Origin: Malacoraja senta
Taxonomy: Eukaryota
Assembly (NCBI GenBank): GCA_038087875.1
Contig: CM075986.1
Coordinates: forward strand, 13,082,001-13,146,000
DNA: 64,000 nt
Reading direction: 5' to 3'
The position numbers and the translations under genes are program-made. Below are positions 51,328 to 64,000 of this stretch, piece by piece. Positions within the stretch are counted from its first letter, which is position 1; every line of letters begins with the position of its first letter. The notes beneath the pieces were generated by a model. That model did not search any database and was not told where the DNA came from. It saw only the letters and a list, made by a program, of their open reading frames with translations.

Positions 51328-51735
51328 ATAATAATAATAATAATAATACATTTTATTTATATAGTGCTTTTCAAGGACTCAAAGTCGCTTTACATTGAGA
51401 GTAAAAAAATTTTTTTTTAAATAGAGCAGTAAGACAGAGATGCAAAGGGGAGGGGGACATGGGACTAAGGGTATGCAGAGGTGAAGAGATGGGTCTTGAG
51501 GCGGGACTGGAAGATGGTGAGGGACTCAGAATTTCGGATCAGTTGTGGGAGGGAATTCCAGAGCCTGGGAGCTGCCCTGGAGAAGGCTCTGCCTCCAAAA
51601 GTGCAGAGGTTTGATTTCAGAGTGGAGAGGAGACCAGCTGATGTGGATCTGAGGGACCTTGAGGGTTGGTAGGGGGAGAGGAGGTCAGTGAGATAAGGGG
51701 GGGGCAAGTGGTTGAGGGCTTTGTAGGTGACCAGG
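51328..51735 (-). mobile_element. L2 LINE 3' end
   Basis: PPYLTDLL.PYQPSRSLRS...GGRAFSRAAPRLWNSLP...LKTHLF; 3' stem-loop and (att)n tail. Confidence 0.9.
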
Positions 51736-51862
51736 TGAATGTCCTATATGTCCGTAGGTGAATGTCCTTTGTAGGTGAATGTCCTATATGCCTTTGTTAA
51801 TAGCTTATGGCACCCAATGCTGAATTCTAATTTCTCAATTTGCAGAAAACATTTTATCTTAG

Positions 51863-52909
51863 TAGCAATGTTACAAAATTTTGAGATTTAAAAAATAAAG
51901 TCTGCAATTTATCCCATCAGATAAAGCATAAAAAGAAGTTTAATTTGACACCTAATTCACTTTCATATCTTCAGTATTAAAAAAGTTATGGCCATTTTCA
52001 TACTCGGAAATTAGCATCTTGTTCCCTATTGCTTTTCCATTGACTAAACACAAAAGCTGTGATCGAGGACAGTCAAAAGTCCATAACTTTCTTAAAAATT
52101 AAGAGAACTGAAAGAAATTTTCAGTTATTATAGATTGAAGCATTCTGAAACAAATATGAAACAATCTTACTTAGAAGACATGAAATTAAAGCATATAATT
52201 AGTTAGTTACCTAATTGTAGCTAATTACAAAATTCAATTACTAGATCTAAACATCTATCAATTTCTTAAGAATAGATTAACATTTTTAAATAGCCTAAGT
52301 GTCCAAATAACATTCACACAAGAATTCACAATATAACATAATTTTTAAATCTCATTGTCATGGATTTACAGGCCAAATGGAAGGAATTGAATGTTTAATA
52401 CCTGTAAATTAATGGGCATTTATATCATCTTGCGAGTGAGGTTTTCTGGAACGCGATCTTTTGGAACGTTCATTTGCGGTGAATTTAACCCCGTATCGGC
52501 ATGAAAAATTCTGCCGTTAATTCGGGGAATAAAATCACCGTTTCGCATGAAAAAATGTGAATTAAAGGCTTCTTAAGAAGCACTTTTATACATTAAAATA
52601 AACCACTTTCGTTTACCTGTCCCGTACGTGAAATCCGTCCCCGTTGTTGACGTTGACGGCTTCAGCAGATTATTTAAAAATGACTCCAGCGTTGACATTG
52701 TCGATTTAATAAAAATTAAAAAAACACAAAACGCCCCTAGGAACGATTTTTCAGCAAACGCTTGTACTCCACGAAATATAATACAGGACAAGGTAGGAGA
52801 AACCCGCGTTTTAACCCCGCCCCCCCCCCCCCTTAAAGGCGCCAAAATCGCGCACACGGCCAGTGGCAGAATTACAGTGCCGCTCAGGGTAAGTATTGTA
52901 ACATACCTA
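51863..52909. mobile_element. Non-autonomous DNA transposon, copy 2
   Basis: Colinear with 2688-3732 over its whole length; perfect TSD atcttag(t) at 51856-51863 and 52910-52917. Confidence 0.88.
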
Positions 52910-53948
52910 ATCTTAGTAATCACGAGGATGAACACCAAGTTATTACCATTCTTCCATTATCTTTTAAATTTACATTTAAGAATAAATATAGTTTTTCTTC
53001 CAATGACTCCTGGCAAATTCTTTATTAGGAAGCCCTTTTTCTCTCAGCTTTTTTCTCAGCTCTCCAAGCTGTTTCTCAACTTCCCTTGACCACCTTCTCC
53101 AACTCCAGTATCCTGGCCTCCCACAGTCTTCATATACATTTTCATACTTGCCTTTTTGTGCATATTCTCTCAAACATAGAATGTCAACACGCACAATCTT
53201 AATGCAGGCAAGATTAGCTCTCTTTCCTTGCCCCTCACTTTACTGACATCCTTGTGCACACTCATCTCACCACCTACCAATGAAATAAATCCTCTTGTCA
53301 GCTGCCTCAAACTTATGAATTGTCTCCAATTTCTAGCCTATTTTTATATCACGGCATCTCTGTCTGCTGATTCTTCAATCACCTCTTTGCCTAATTCCTG
53401 GTTACCTGTTTCTCTTCCTGATCATTATACAAATTAACAATTTCCTTCACCTGATATCCTTATGCTAATATTCAAAGTTGCTGTTATTACTCCTCCCTTA
53501 AAAACTCTATGCTCCTCCTTCACCATCAATTATTTTATTTGCTACTCCTATCTCCAAACCTGTTTTCCTATTGCAGGATATTGAAATTACTACCCAACTC
53601 CATGTTCATCTGTTCAGTAACTTATTCTTCTATTCCTTTCAATTTGGTTACTGTCTTTCTCAATGATGACTTTTGTATTATCACATATCTACCTCTCGAA
53701 TTGAAACAGAACAACCCTCATAGTGGCCTTGTTACCATCCATTTCACGATATCTCTCGAGTCCCCCAGAATACTTTCATTTGGAGGTATTTCATTCCTCA
53801 GCTTCAGTGACCTCATCCACAAGCACTCAGTGGATTTCTATTAAATATGTTTAAAATGTCATTTAACCAATGACTGTCTTTTCCATCACAAGTAATTTAT
53901 AACCTCCTTGATGTCAACAAGTCATCTATAATCATAAGCACAACCTCC

Positions 53949-54131
53949 NNNNNNNNNNNNNNNNNNNNNNNNNNNNNNNNNNNNNNNNNNNNNNNNNNNN
54001 NNNNNNNNNNNNNNNNNNNNNNNNNNNNNNNNNNNNNNNNNNNNNNNNNNNNNNNNNNNNNNNNNNNNNNNNNNNNNNNNNNNNNNNNNNNNNNNNNNNN
54101 NNNNNNNNNNNNNNNNNNNNNNNNNNNNNNN
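53949..54131. other. Assembly gap (183 N)
   Basis: Run of N. Confidence 0.99.
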
Positions 54132-57100
54132 CATTTTCAATCTTGTCACAAACTTGGCATTCTGTTTGGCCTTGAATTAAGCTTTGTACTCCTAGAAACC
54201 CAATTGATCACAGTAACAAATTACTTCCATTTCTACAACATTTCCCACCTGTGATTGAAGTCCTTATCCTGGTTTCCTGTATATTTCCATCTACACGGCC
54301 GGCTATGCTTTCACTGCCATGTCATTCATTTCTGAAACAGCTCCCTAAATCTATCCATTTCTGTACACCACAAAACCATATTCAGAGCCTTTGAATAAAG
54401 TGTCCTCTCAACTTTTACAATCCCAACAACTGAAACTGAAATAAATGACAAATAAAAGTGTTTTTACTTCACTGTCTTTGATTTGGATTAATATAACTCG
54501 AGATGCAAACGTAGCATTGATACACACATGGCGGGCTGAATGGCCATCGTCATTGTTAATTGCGTGATCCTATATTTAAAGTAGGAATGGTGAAGACAAG
54601 ATGGTTGCTAATAAATGCGATAGACAAATGGGAGAAATGCCGAAAATATTCTGACACCATTAGATTGTAGTAATAAATATTATTAGTATAATTAGTATAA
54701 AGATGGATGTAATTTTTCTGTATTGCACATACTGTACAAATTCTTGCTTGGTTTAATTGCTGAAAGTAGAAATCTGACATATAGTTCTGAGTTCAGTTTA
54801 ATAATAATGGAATTATAAATTTCACTTCAGATTACCAACACAATAACAAAGACATTTATTTATGTTCGTTCTCATTCCTTAAATAAATTCCTAATTTTAT
54901 TTGGTATTTGTTTATGATATTGTTATTCTAGGGTGTTCGTATACATCAGTGCTATTTTCAGAGTTTGTGCAACAGACCCCACCACCTTCTTGAAATGGCA
55001 TGCTGTCACGCAGAACCAAGGTCGCATTTGTTTGACCCTTAACAGCAAAGTGACCAGGGCAGCCATTTGTGACAGACATATTGCACTAGCAGTTGTAAGA
55101 TCCATCTGTTCCAAACAGCTGCTCCAGGGTTCGACTATGCATGTGACACCTTGAGCCAAAAATACTTTAATGTGATCAATTAACAAATAGTATCTACTGT
55201 TTTTGAAACATCTTAAAATTTAAGTGTCTGGAGATATTCCATGCCAAACTTGACTGTTGTGTAAGAGCTACTGATTTGAGTGGCAATAACTTATTGAGTG
55301 TCCAAAAGCAATATGGATTTGATTATCTGTATCAGCTTAAATATTTCATCTTATTGCTTCTCTCCAAGTAGGACATTCAATTTATCCTTTCACTGCATGG
55401 TATTGAGATAAAGACTTGTGGTTCTCCTCTCTTCCTCTCCCACTGCAATCCAATATGTTTACATTTTTTGGCTTGTCTAACCATTACCTCAAAATCTATG
55501 AGACAAATTTCAATATTTGTGACAATCTATTGATCGTTCCCAGGTTCTCATCAGAGAAAAGTCACTTGGCATACCAAGTATTGTTGGGTGGTGGGAATGG
55601 TGGGAATGTAGAAAGAATGACATTCACAATCAACCTACTTAGGCACTGTTTGGGAACCAAGAAACAAGGACGTTTTTTTAACGTTATCTCCATGCAAGGC
55701 AAATGCCCAATGTCCATATTATTTATTACTGGTTGTTCTTTAAGACAGATGATAGGGTATTTTACTAGTGAGAGGGTCTCAAACAAGAAGAGTTAAGTAT
55801 AAAAAAGGGGTCTGGCATTAATACTGAGGTCCTTCGAAATTTCAGTGGAATTCTGGTGGAAGCTGGATTAATAGGTGTTTAAAGTGGAAGTAAATAATAG
55901 GACAGAGTGCTACTGGGAAATGACACAGAAGAGGTATTGTGGCCTGCATAGATGATCTTTAACACCATTATTATGTATCCAACATTATTTAATAAAGATA
56001 CGCGAGGTCCCTTCCTTTCTATAATCACAGAGCCATGAGTGATGTCGATCTTATTGATTTGATTTTTGGTTAATTGTAAGGCAACGTATATTTGTGAGTA
56101 TTAAATGGAGATCTTGATATTATTAGTTATTGTATTTGAATAACTGGAGATGTACTTTGTGCCATGTGCTTATGAGGAACAGCTGACATCAGACGTGGTT
56201 TTGAAAACTTTCCACCATAACGTTTTCCTTATGTCATCTCTGTAGATTAATTGATTGATTGCTATTTTAAGTAACAACTTTCATTATCATCTTACCATGC
56301 AGGTACCAGAATCACTAGAAAATGAACTAGATGGGTGTTGGTCTTTTTCTCAGATCTCAATTTATATGTTTTTTTATTAGATGGAGGTATTTAGTGGTTT
56401 TGTTTACTTTTACAGGATAATGCTGTTATAGGTGGGACATTATAAAGTAACAGCAATAATTTCAACATATTTCCTACTTACTTCAACTATTTCCAGATTT
56501 TAAAACCCAACTGTTAGGGCATTCTTGCAGAGAAAGTGATCTAGCAGCTGTCTGAATACTTGAATTAAAGCAACACAATGCTGGTAATGTACAGCTGCCT
56601 AGTTAGCCTGCATCGAGACAGGTTTTGTGTATCAAAGCATCATGCTCCATAACAGGTGCTGTGTAAGTTCAATAGATCCTGGTTTTATTTCTGGCATGCG
56701 GAGTTTCCATTTTGTTTCATTTCCCTCTGTAATAATCTGGCATACCATGCTTCCACGAAACAGGTGATGGAGCTTGCTGGCGATGTGCTTCCTCCAGGCA
56801 CAAGGACATCAATGGATCATATCTTCTGTTGCTTACGTCCAAAAATAGAAGTCTTCTGAGTTGGATGTGAAATGCAAAGCACTAGGCTTCCCATTAATCT
56901 GTGTAATTTGTTTAATAAAATGTTGATAAAATAAAGGTAGGGTGAGGCACATCTCACTAACTATCGGTATCTGCAAAACACTTACCAGCAACAATGGTCG
57001 TTTGTAATACCTTACATGGTGATTTGCCAATATTGATATCTTTGATGCCAGCCATGTCTTAGTCAGTGACATTTCATCTCTCCTTGAGAATATTCAGGTT

Positions 57101-57369
57101 CAAGGCTTAGACCACACATGCACTATAGCTTAGAGTGAAAGGCATGCACATTAATTTATTCACTCGAGTGATTAGTCTGTTATTAGAAGAGGCCCGATAA
57201 GATAAGTTTTTAAAAAGTTATCACAAATGAGCCTTCCAGCCATCCCATTCTCAACAGCCAGATGGTAATTTTCAACCAGAACCTACAATAGAGAAAGATA
57301 CAACAGACCTTACTGGAATTTATACTCGGCTCGTGTACTCATCTTCTCATTTGCCTTCAACTATCAGTC

Positions 57370-58410
57370 CATTGAGGTTATACGTGTGGAGCTGAAAAAT
57401 AAAATGTGGTTGATATTTTGTTGGGATTGTACTATATACCCCTTAAAGGTTAATGGGAATTAGAGGAACAAATATGCCTGGAGACGGCAGACAGCTGCAA
57501 AACTAATAGGGTTGTCATAAAAGGGGATTTTTACTTTCCCAATATAGACTGGGACAACCATAGCGAATATAGCTGAGATGGAGTGGAATTTGTCAAGTTT
57601 TCAGGAAAGTCTCCTCGGGGGAAAAAAGTAGAGGATTCTACAATGAAGAGGGCAAAACCTGACCTACTAAAGAATGATAGTGAGAGTTCACAGTATCATG
57701 TTCCTATTAGAGTAAAGGGCAAAGCAGGTAGGAGTAAGAAACCCTGGATGATGAAAGAAATTAATGCTCTGGTCAAGAAAAAGAAGTAGGCATGAGTCAG
57801 GTATAACCAGCTGGGATCGTGTATTCCTGAGCGAGTATAGGGAATTAAGGAGCATACTGAAGGAAATCGGGAAGGCATGAGACAGGACTGGCAGAAAGAT
57901 TAAGGCTAATCCAAAGAGATTTTATGTATATTAAGGGAAAATGAATAACTAGAGAGAGAATAGGGCCCTTCTAAAACCAAAGTGGCTGTCTTTGTATGGA
58001 GCTATATGACAAGGTCCTCAATCATTATTTAAGTTTTGTTTTTACTATGGAGTAAAACATGAAGACTTGGGAACATGGGGAAGTTAATGGAGATGACTTG
58101 AGGACAGTCCATAATTTCCGTTGAAGAGGTGCTGGACTTTCTAGGGCATGTGAAGGTAGATATATCTCCTGAGCCTGATCACAATCAGGTTATCAAGAAT
58201 TACAGAGGGATTTTAATCAGTGGTGGCAAGTAGGTCGAGGAATGGCTAATGAAGTTTAAATCAAATAAATATAAGGCGTTGGATTTTGAAAAGTCGAAGC
58301 AGGGCAAGAATTTCACAGTGAACAGTCGGGTCCTGGGGAATGTTAAAAATCAGAGAAAGTACAACTACATAGTTCCCTGAAAGTGATGACAATTAGATAG
58401 AGTGGCGATA
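57370..58410 (+). mobile_element. Old rearranged CR1 ORF2 fragment
   Basis: GDFYFPNIDWD, HVPIRVKGK, PWMMKEI and ANPKRFY remnants. Confidence 0.75.
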
Positions 58411-61400
58411 AAGATGATTTTTGAAATTATTTTTTTAATCCATTTTTGAAATCTTAGCTAGTTCTTTGGGATATAACTAATTACGTTGAAGTTGAAGACC
58501 TAGGATTTGATTTGTCTGATTTATTTTTTCATTGTCATGTTTTTGATGTTTCTGTTGATGATGGCTTCATATGCATCATTTGGTCTTATAATTTGTTGTG
58601 AATTCAGAGTTTAGTGGAAAGAGGCTTCCAAAACGTCACTTATTGCTTAATTTGTTAATGGTGTAGCATGCTAAGACACCAGAGCTGCTAACTAAATCCT
58701 ATGGTGCTTGGAAAATGTCTATTGTTCTCAGAACAGATAATATTTTAGTGAGATATTAACTCTAGATATTATATGTTTCAAACGACCTTAGAAGTTTTCT
58801 TCTACTGGGCCAAAGTATCTCCGAAATCGTGATCATCTATTCATTCATGGAGTTTTGCAGCCTACTTCTGCATTCAGTTTACAGAAGTAGTCAAAATGTG
58901 GAGAATAATGACAAAATCCTCCATCTAACTTGAGAAGCTGAGACAGTTGTACTTTCATCTTCTAGCTGGGGGCTGCATTCTGCGTTTATGAAATGAATCT
59001 GCGGAATAGCTTTAACAAAACTTGGCATTCCAGTACTGGTGCTGTGATACATCTAACAATGTGTACAATGTACTCTATTTAAACAATATTGAGTTTATGG
59101 TAATATTTAATGTATTACATTACTTTGACTTTAGATATACTTTCAAAGATTTAAATCACATATAAAAAGGAGCCTGCTTGGTTGGGAAGCATCAAAACAT
59201 TCTCTCCCTTTGCAGTGGACTGCTATGGTCTGTACATGCACTTAATGCCAAGGAGCAATTCTCCCAAAGACATTTATTCTGTGTTTGGATGAAGCGTGAA
59301 CACTTTTGAATGGTCATTATATAAAACCTAATGTGGCATCTTTGATTTCAATACCAGCCATCCTTTGGTCTTTTTTATTGGAACTGGCAATTTAAATTAT
59401 AAACTAATGAGTTGAACAGATACTGAATTGGGACGTACATATTTCACACAGGCCTTTACCACGTAAAACACAAAACGTTTGTTTGTATCATTCCTTTAAG
59501 TCTGCATTGCAGAACAAATTCCAATGTCTGAAACAAAGTATTCAAATCCAGACCCATTATCTAGCATTTACCATTTTGTTTCATATTCCTGAACATCATT
59601 ACATAGGCCTAACGTTTACATTTAGATTTATTGTACATCACCACATACCTGACAGACTCTGCCCCTAGTCACCTTCAGGGACAACAAGATAGGCACTTCA
59701 GCTCTGTGCAATACCTCAGTGATAAAAATACCTTACCTGCAAATATTTTCTTGACAGAATAAGATTCCAGGCCAGCTGCCACATTCATAATTCAATGTAT
59801 TGCTCATTAGCATTCTCTATGGACACCAGATGCAGCTAGAGTCTGCAAATCAGAAGATTCCAATCTGACCCAGATTTCTGGTGTGTCTGTTCTGTCATTT
59901 CCATACTTAGAAATAGTCTGTGTCTCTGTCTCTGCCCCTGGGTGCATTGAACGGGGAATTATCTTGTACCTGTCTAAGCATGTGACAGAATAGGTTCACC
60001 ATCACAAACATATTTCTTCTATGGGAGTAAATGCCATATCGTGATAAATTCAGTTGCAAATTTAGATCTATTAATAGATTACAATTTTTACTATTTCTGC
60101 TTATTAGAAAAGACCCAGATTCCAATTAGTTTGCAGAATATTCAACACCTGACCTGGCACAATAAGAATTCTGAATTCAGTGCAGTTCTTAATCGTTTAA
60201 GGGAGTTTGGTGGATTGCAAGATATCTTACTTTAAAACAAATTTATATCGGCTGATGTCAAGTGCCATTTACATCTATGGTTTGAAATCTGCACACACTG
60301 ACTTATAACAATCATTCTTAAGTGCGATACACTGGGCTGAGCATTGCCATGTATACACCACTTCTATGAAATATTGAGAATTGCAGTACTGATCAGAAAT
60401 TGAAAGTAAAAATGAAAAGATAGAAAGGAAAAAATACGCATTTATTTCTATCCAAAGCTTCTAAGATATACCAAAGCATGTCATGGCAAATTAATTATTT
60501 CTAATTGCAGTCAGTTTTATGCAGAGAATCATTTCACCCCTTGAGGTTCCACAAGCAAGTGGAATAAATAATCTGTTCATCTGTATTACTAATGTTATGT
60601 CGAGGTCAAATATCGATCAACAATCTGTCAGTGAAGAACAGTGACTTTCACCTACTTGGTTGAGTAAATAGGACTTGTTTTAACATTTCATCTGAAAGCA
60701 AAGTGAATTCCAGCTAACTCAAATTGGGTATTTAATGACTGAGCTGGGCTTATAGCTGTGCATCAGTCTATGTAGCTGTAAAGGGTTGGAATGAGTTACT
60801 GTAGTATGAAGTGCACGCAATCCATTTATTGTGAAATTGTTTAAATGCAAAGCTATTTAAAAATAAATGAAGGGAAATAAGTGTGCTCATGAATCATGTT
60901 CATAAATGACTCTGCTAATGAGGTATTTTACAAATTTGATTGTTAGCAGGTTATTTTTCTGGGACTTGTTTTCACTGCCACTCACTGATGTATGAAATGG
61001 TAATAATTGGACTTTACATTTGTAATTGTAGAATTGTTGTAATTCTTGTATTCAATTATCATAGAAAGGAAGTCACTCAGACAAGTTAAGTTTAAAGAGA
61101 TCCAGAGTACATACATGGAAAATTGCAAAAAAACTAAATATTCTCTTGAGAGGCATTTGCTGGAAAAACTGCAAGGGAACTGGATGTGTTGCTAGTGGAG
61201 TTTTAAAGAGAGTGAAGATAAAGGGTTGCAAAATAAATTTTGACCAAAGCATTCTAAATCCCCAGGAGATATCAAAACCTGCGCAAGAGATCACCTGGAC
61301 TACATTGCCATTACCTTTAACCCCAATAACACTGTACCCATTCTTCACTTGAACTGCCAAACCGTAGGGGGTGCACATTATAAATGATAGCAGAAAAAAG

Positions 61401-64000
61401 ACTGGGTAAAAAAATTTAAGTGTTAAGTCATTCTGTGCAATGATGTTCCACGCATTTCACTAAGTTCAAATGTGTTGAAGATTAGGTATGAACCAAATGT
61501 ACCGCAGCACCTTCAGAGACTTCATTATTTCAGTGTATTACTGAGAGTTGCCATTCTTTGGATGCGGTGTTAAACCATGGCATTATTCACCTGCTGGATT
61601 GAAAAATATTTTATGGTACAAAGAACAACATTTTTAATGTCCTGGGAATATTCTTCAGTCAATCGATAAAAATATATCTTTATTCTGATGGCATAAAATA
61701 TTATTAAAGGTTTAAAATATTTTTTGGCGCACATCATAATTTTGTGGATACTCCAAAAGATACGATAAAGCACTAATTGAACACTAATGTCTTTATCGCC
61801 AAATGTTAACAAACAGCCCCCTGCTCTCAATAAGAACTCAGGTTTCCATTTATTCTTTGCTCTCTCACATTCTATCACAATCACCCTGGTCCCTTCTTCT
61901 CATTGTTCTTGCTGATTCCATTTTGCATTCTTGCCTTCATGCTTGTCTCAATGCAATTTCTATATTATGTCTTGATCTTAGCCATATCATTCTGTGGCAT
62001 GTTTCATTTTTCAGCGATATGACCTCTACTTTCATAAGCCAAGAAGTACCATTTAATGCTTTTTGTTTTTTCCATACTTTCAACTTTTTGGTAGGTTCTT
62101 CATCAAGTTTTTCTCTAACCTTGGATTCATTTTCCATATCTCTATTACTGTAACTAGCCACGATCAATTGTTTTATGCTAATAAACCACTATTCCTTCAA
62201 AGATCTAAGTCCCAGCATATCCCTGGATTTCAATGCTGTTTTCTTATGATAGGGCACTCATTCTAAACTTATTGTTCCTTGCAAACATTTAAAAAATCAC
62301 TACTTCTTATAATCCTTACTGCAGTGAAATTAAGATTCCTTACAATATCCCATTGTAATTGACTTTTCCGCAGATCCTAGAAAGAATGCTTAGACTTTTC
62401 TCTATTCAGTCTTCTTTCAGCAACTAAAGCCCCTGTCCCACTTAAGCTCTTGATTCAAGTTGGTGCTTTTAGTTTTTCAGTCCAACCATTTTTGAAAAAT
62501 GACTTGACTGATCAATAAATGACTATTCCTAAGTTTCTCACATTAGTGTTGCTTTAAACGCAACCAATAATTACACTGGATCTGGCCAAAAATCTCTATC
62601 ACAACATTTTTATTAAAACATGATAGAGAATTAAAAATAATTTGATGATCACTTTAATAAAATCAGTCCATTTTTGGAAGATTCATAGGTAAAATATTTT
62701 TTAAGATAAGACTGTGGCCAATAATGCTGTCTGGTTTCATTGATTATTTGAAGTTGCAATTTAATATCTGATGACTTCATCAACTTTGCATTAAATTTGG
62801 GGAGAATGCAATCTTCTAAAAGTATATGAGGTTGGGCTTAGTGACCTGGATCCAGTTTTTGATATTACTTTTCCTCAATCCCGGTTTATGTTAAGGTCAC
62901 CAATTCTACTTGAACACTATTGTTGTTAGCAAAGTAGATTAAAGAAAATCCCCAAGTAATCTCTGACATCAGTGAATTTCATGCTGCAATTATGATATGA
63001 AAGGTTAAATATCCTAAATATATTGCCAAAAAAATATTATGTAAAATATAGATTACATTTTTATTTTCAAATGAATGAAATTATTGTGCCATTAATTAAG
63101 AGCTTATGACAAAGATTTTGAATAACACATGGACTAGATCTTCCTGGGCTGGTGAACCTACCCACAATCTCCATAAACTTGTAATGTTGCAGAGGATCTA
63201 CCTTGCTGATCAAAATCATTCCATACTTCACTAAAAGGGGTCTGAACATTTGGAGGGTTTTCAGAAGTATGATGAAGAAGCCCCATCTGTGAAATGACCT
63301 CTAGGTGAAGCACAATGCCTCTTTTTCCACATCTTACAGTTTCCTGCTTTGCTTGGCTACATGTGAAGTCCCCAGACCACAGACCATTCACAGATAAATC
63401 CTGAAACCAGTGCTCCTCATAACCAATCTCCTGACCAGCATTCACAATGCTGGCTTCTCCCTCTCCGGCTCCTGACCAACCTTCCTCACACCATTGACTT
63501 TAGATAGCTTCCACCCTCCAATGCCTCACTCAGCCCAATTCCTTAACACCCACCTACATGCACGGTTCAAATGGCCAATGCTAGACCAGGCTTGTGGATA
63601 ACCTCTGAATATGGGCTTGGAGAACGATATTAGATCATCTTTATGGTACATGGGAATTTCAAGGCCAGGTTTCTTACTTGGATGAATCAAACTTTGGATC
63701 TTATTGGAAGATGTTAGAAAAGAACTCTATAGCACATTATCAGAATCATACATCCTGCATCAAATACTGCTAAATTGGAGTCGAGTAATCTGGATTTATG
63801 GAAATGTGAAACTTTGAGTTTCCTTTCAAAACTTAGACAAGGCACTGGTTTAGCACTGGTTTAGAAAGTAAAATATTACTTTGTAAGGTGACCAAGAAGT
63901 TGTTGAATTGTTATAAAAGGCAATTTGTTTTAACAGCAAGATCAGGGATGAAAATCTGTTGGACACTGGAGGTTAATAATTTGACACTTGAACCAAAGAG

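Noticed and set aside
52628-53089. 153-aa ORF as a transposase of the DNA transposon
   Set aside because: Runs out of the element, is not preserved in copy 1 and has no catalytic motifs.
52930-53948. Possible Nimb/I-clade LINE remnants (similar vague signals at 50620-51250, 61840-62400 and 63100-63760)
   Set aside because: Too decayed to support a call by eye.
54933-55154. Plus-strand ORF after an acceptor-like ttctag, as a possible terminal myo1d exon
   Set aside because: Does not match the MYO1D C-terminus; no terminal exon was found in 43174-64000.

Overview
Eukaryotic, intron-dominated window. The repeat families suggest a cartilaginous fish such as a skate or ray (inference). It lies inside a + strand myosin-Id (myo1d) gene. 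Four coding exons are visible (19690-19913, 34018-34122, 35089-35202, 43019-43173), encoding the IQ neck and TH1 tail. The exon expected between the first two is missing, probably in an N-gap, and the upstream and terminal exons lie outside the window. The rest is intronic, with three assembly gaps and layered transposon debris: CR1 LINEs (one 3.2 kb copy with ORF1 esterase end, APE and RT), Penelope-like elements (PLEs) whose termini carry minimal hammerhead-ribozyme motifs, Rex1/Babar, RTE, L2 and Vingi-like fragments, tRNA-derived SINEs, an internally deleted HERO-like element, a heavily decayed Ty3/Gypsy pol fossil, two copies of a ~1.05 kb non-autonomous DNA transposon, and a GC-rich repeat family sharing a covarying RNA hairpin. 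I see no evidence for a new multi-gene system. The most notable signals are RNA structures in repeats and the missing exon. All calls are by eye, without database searches.
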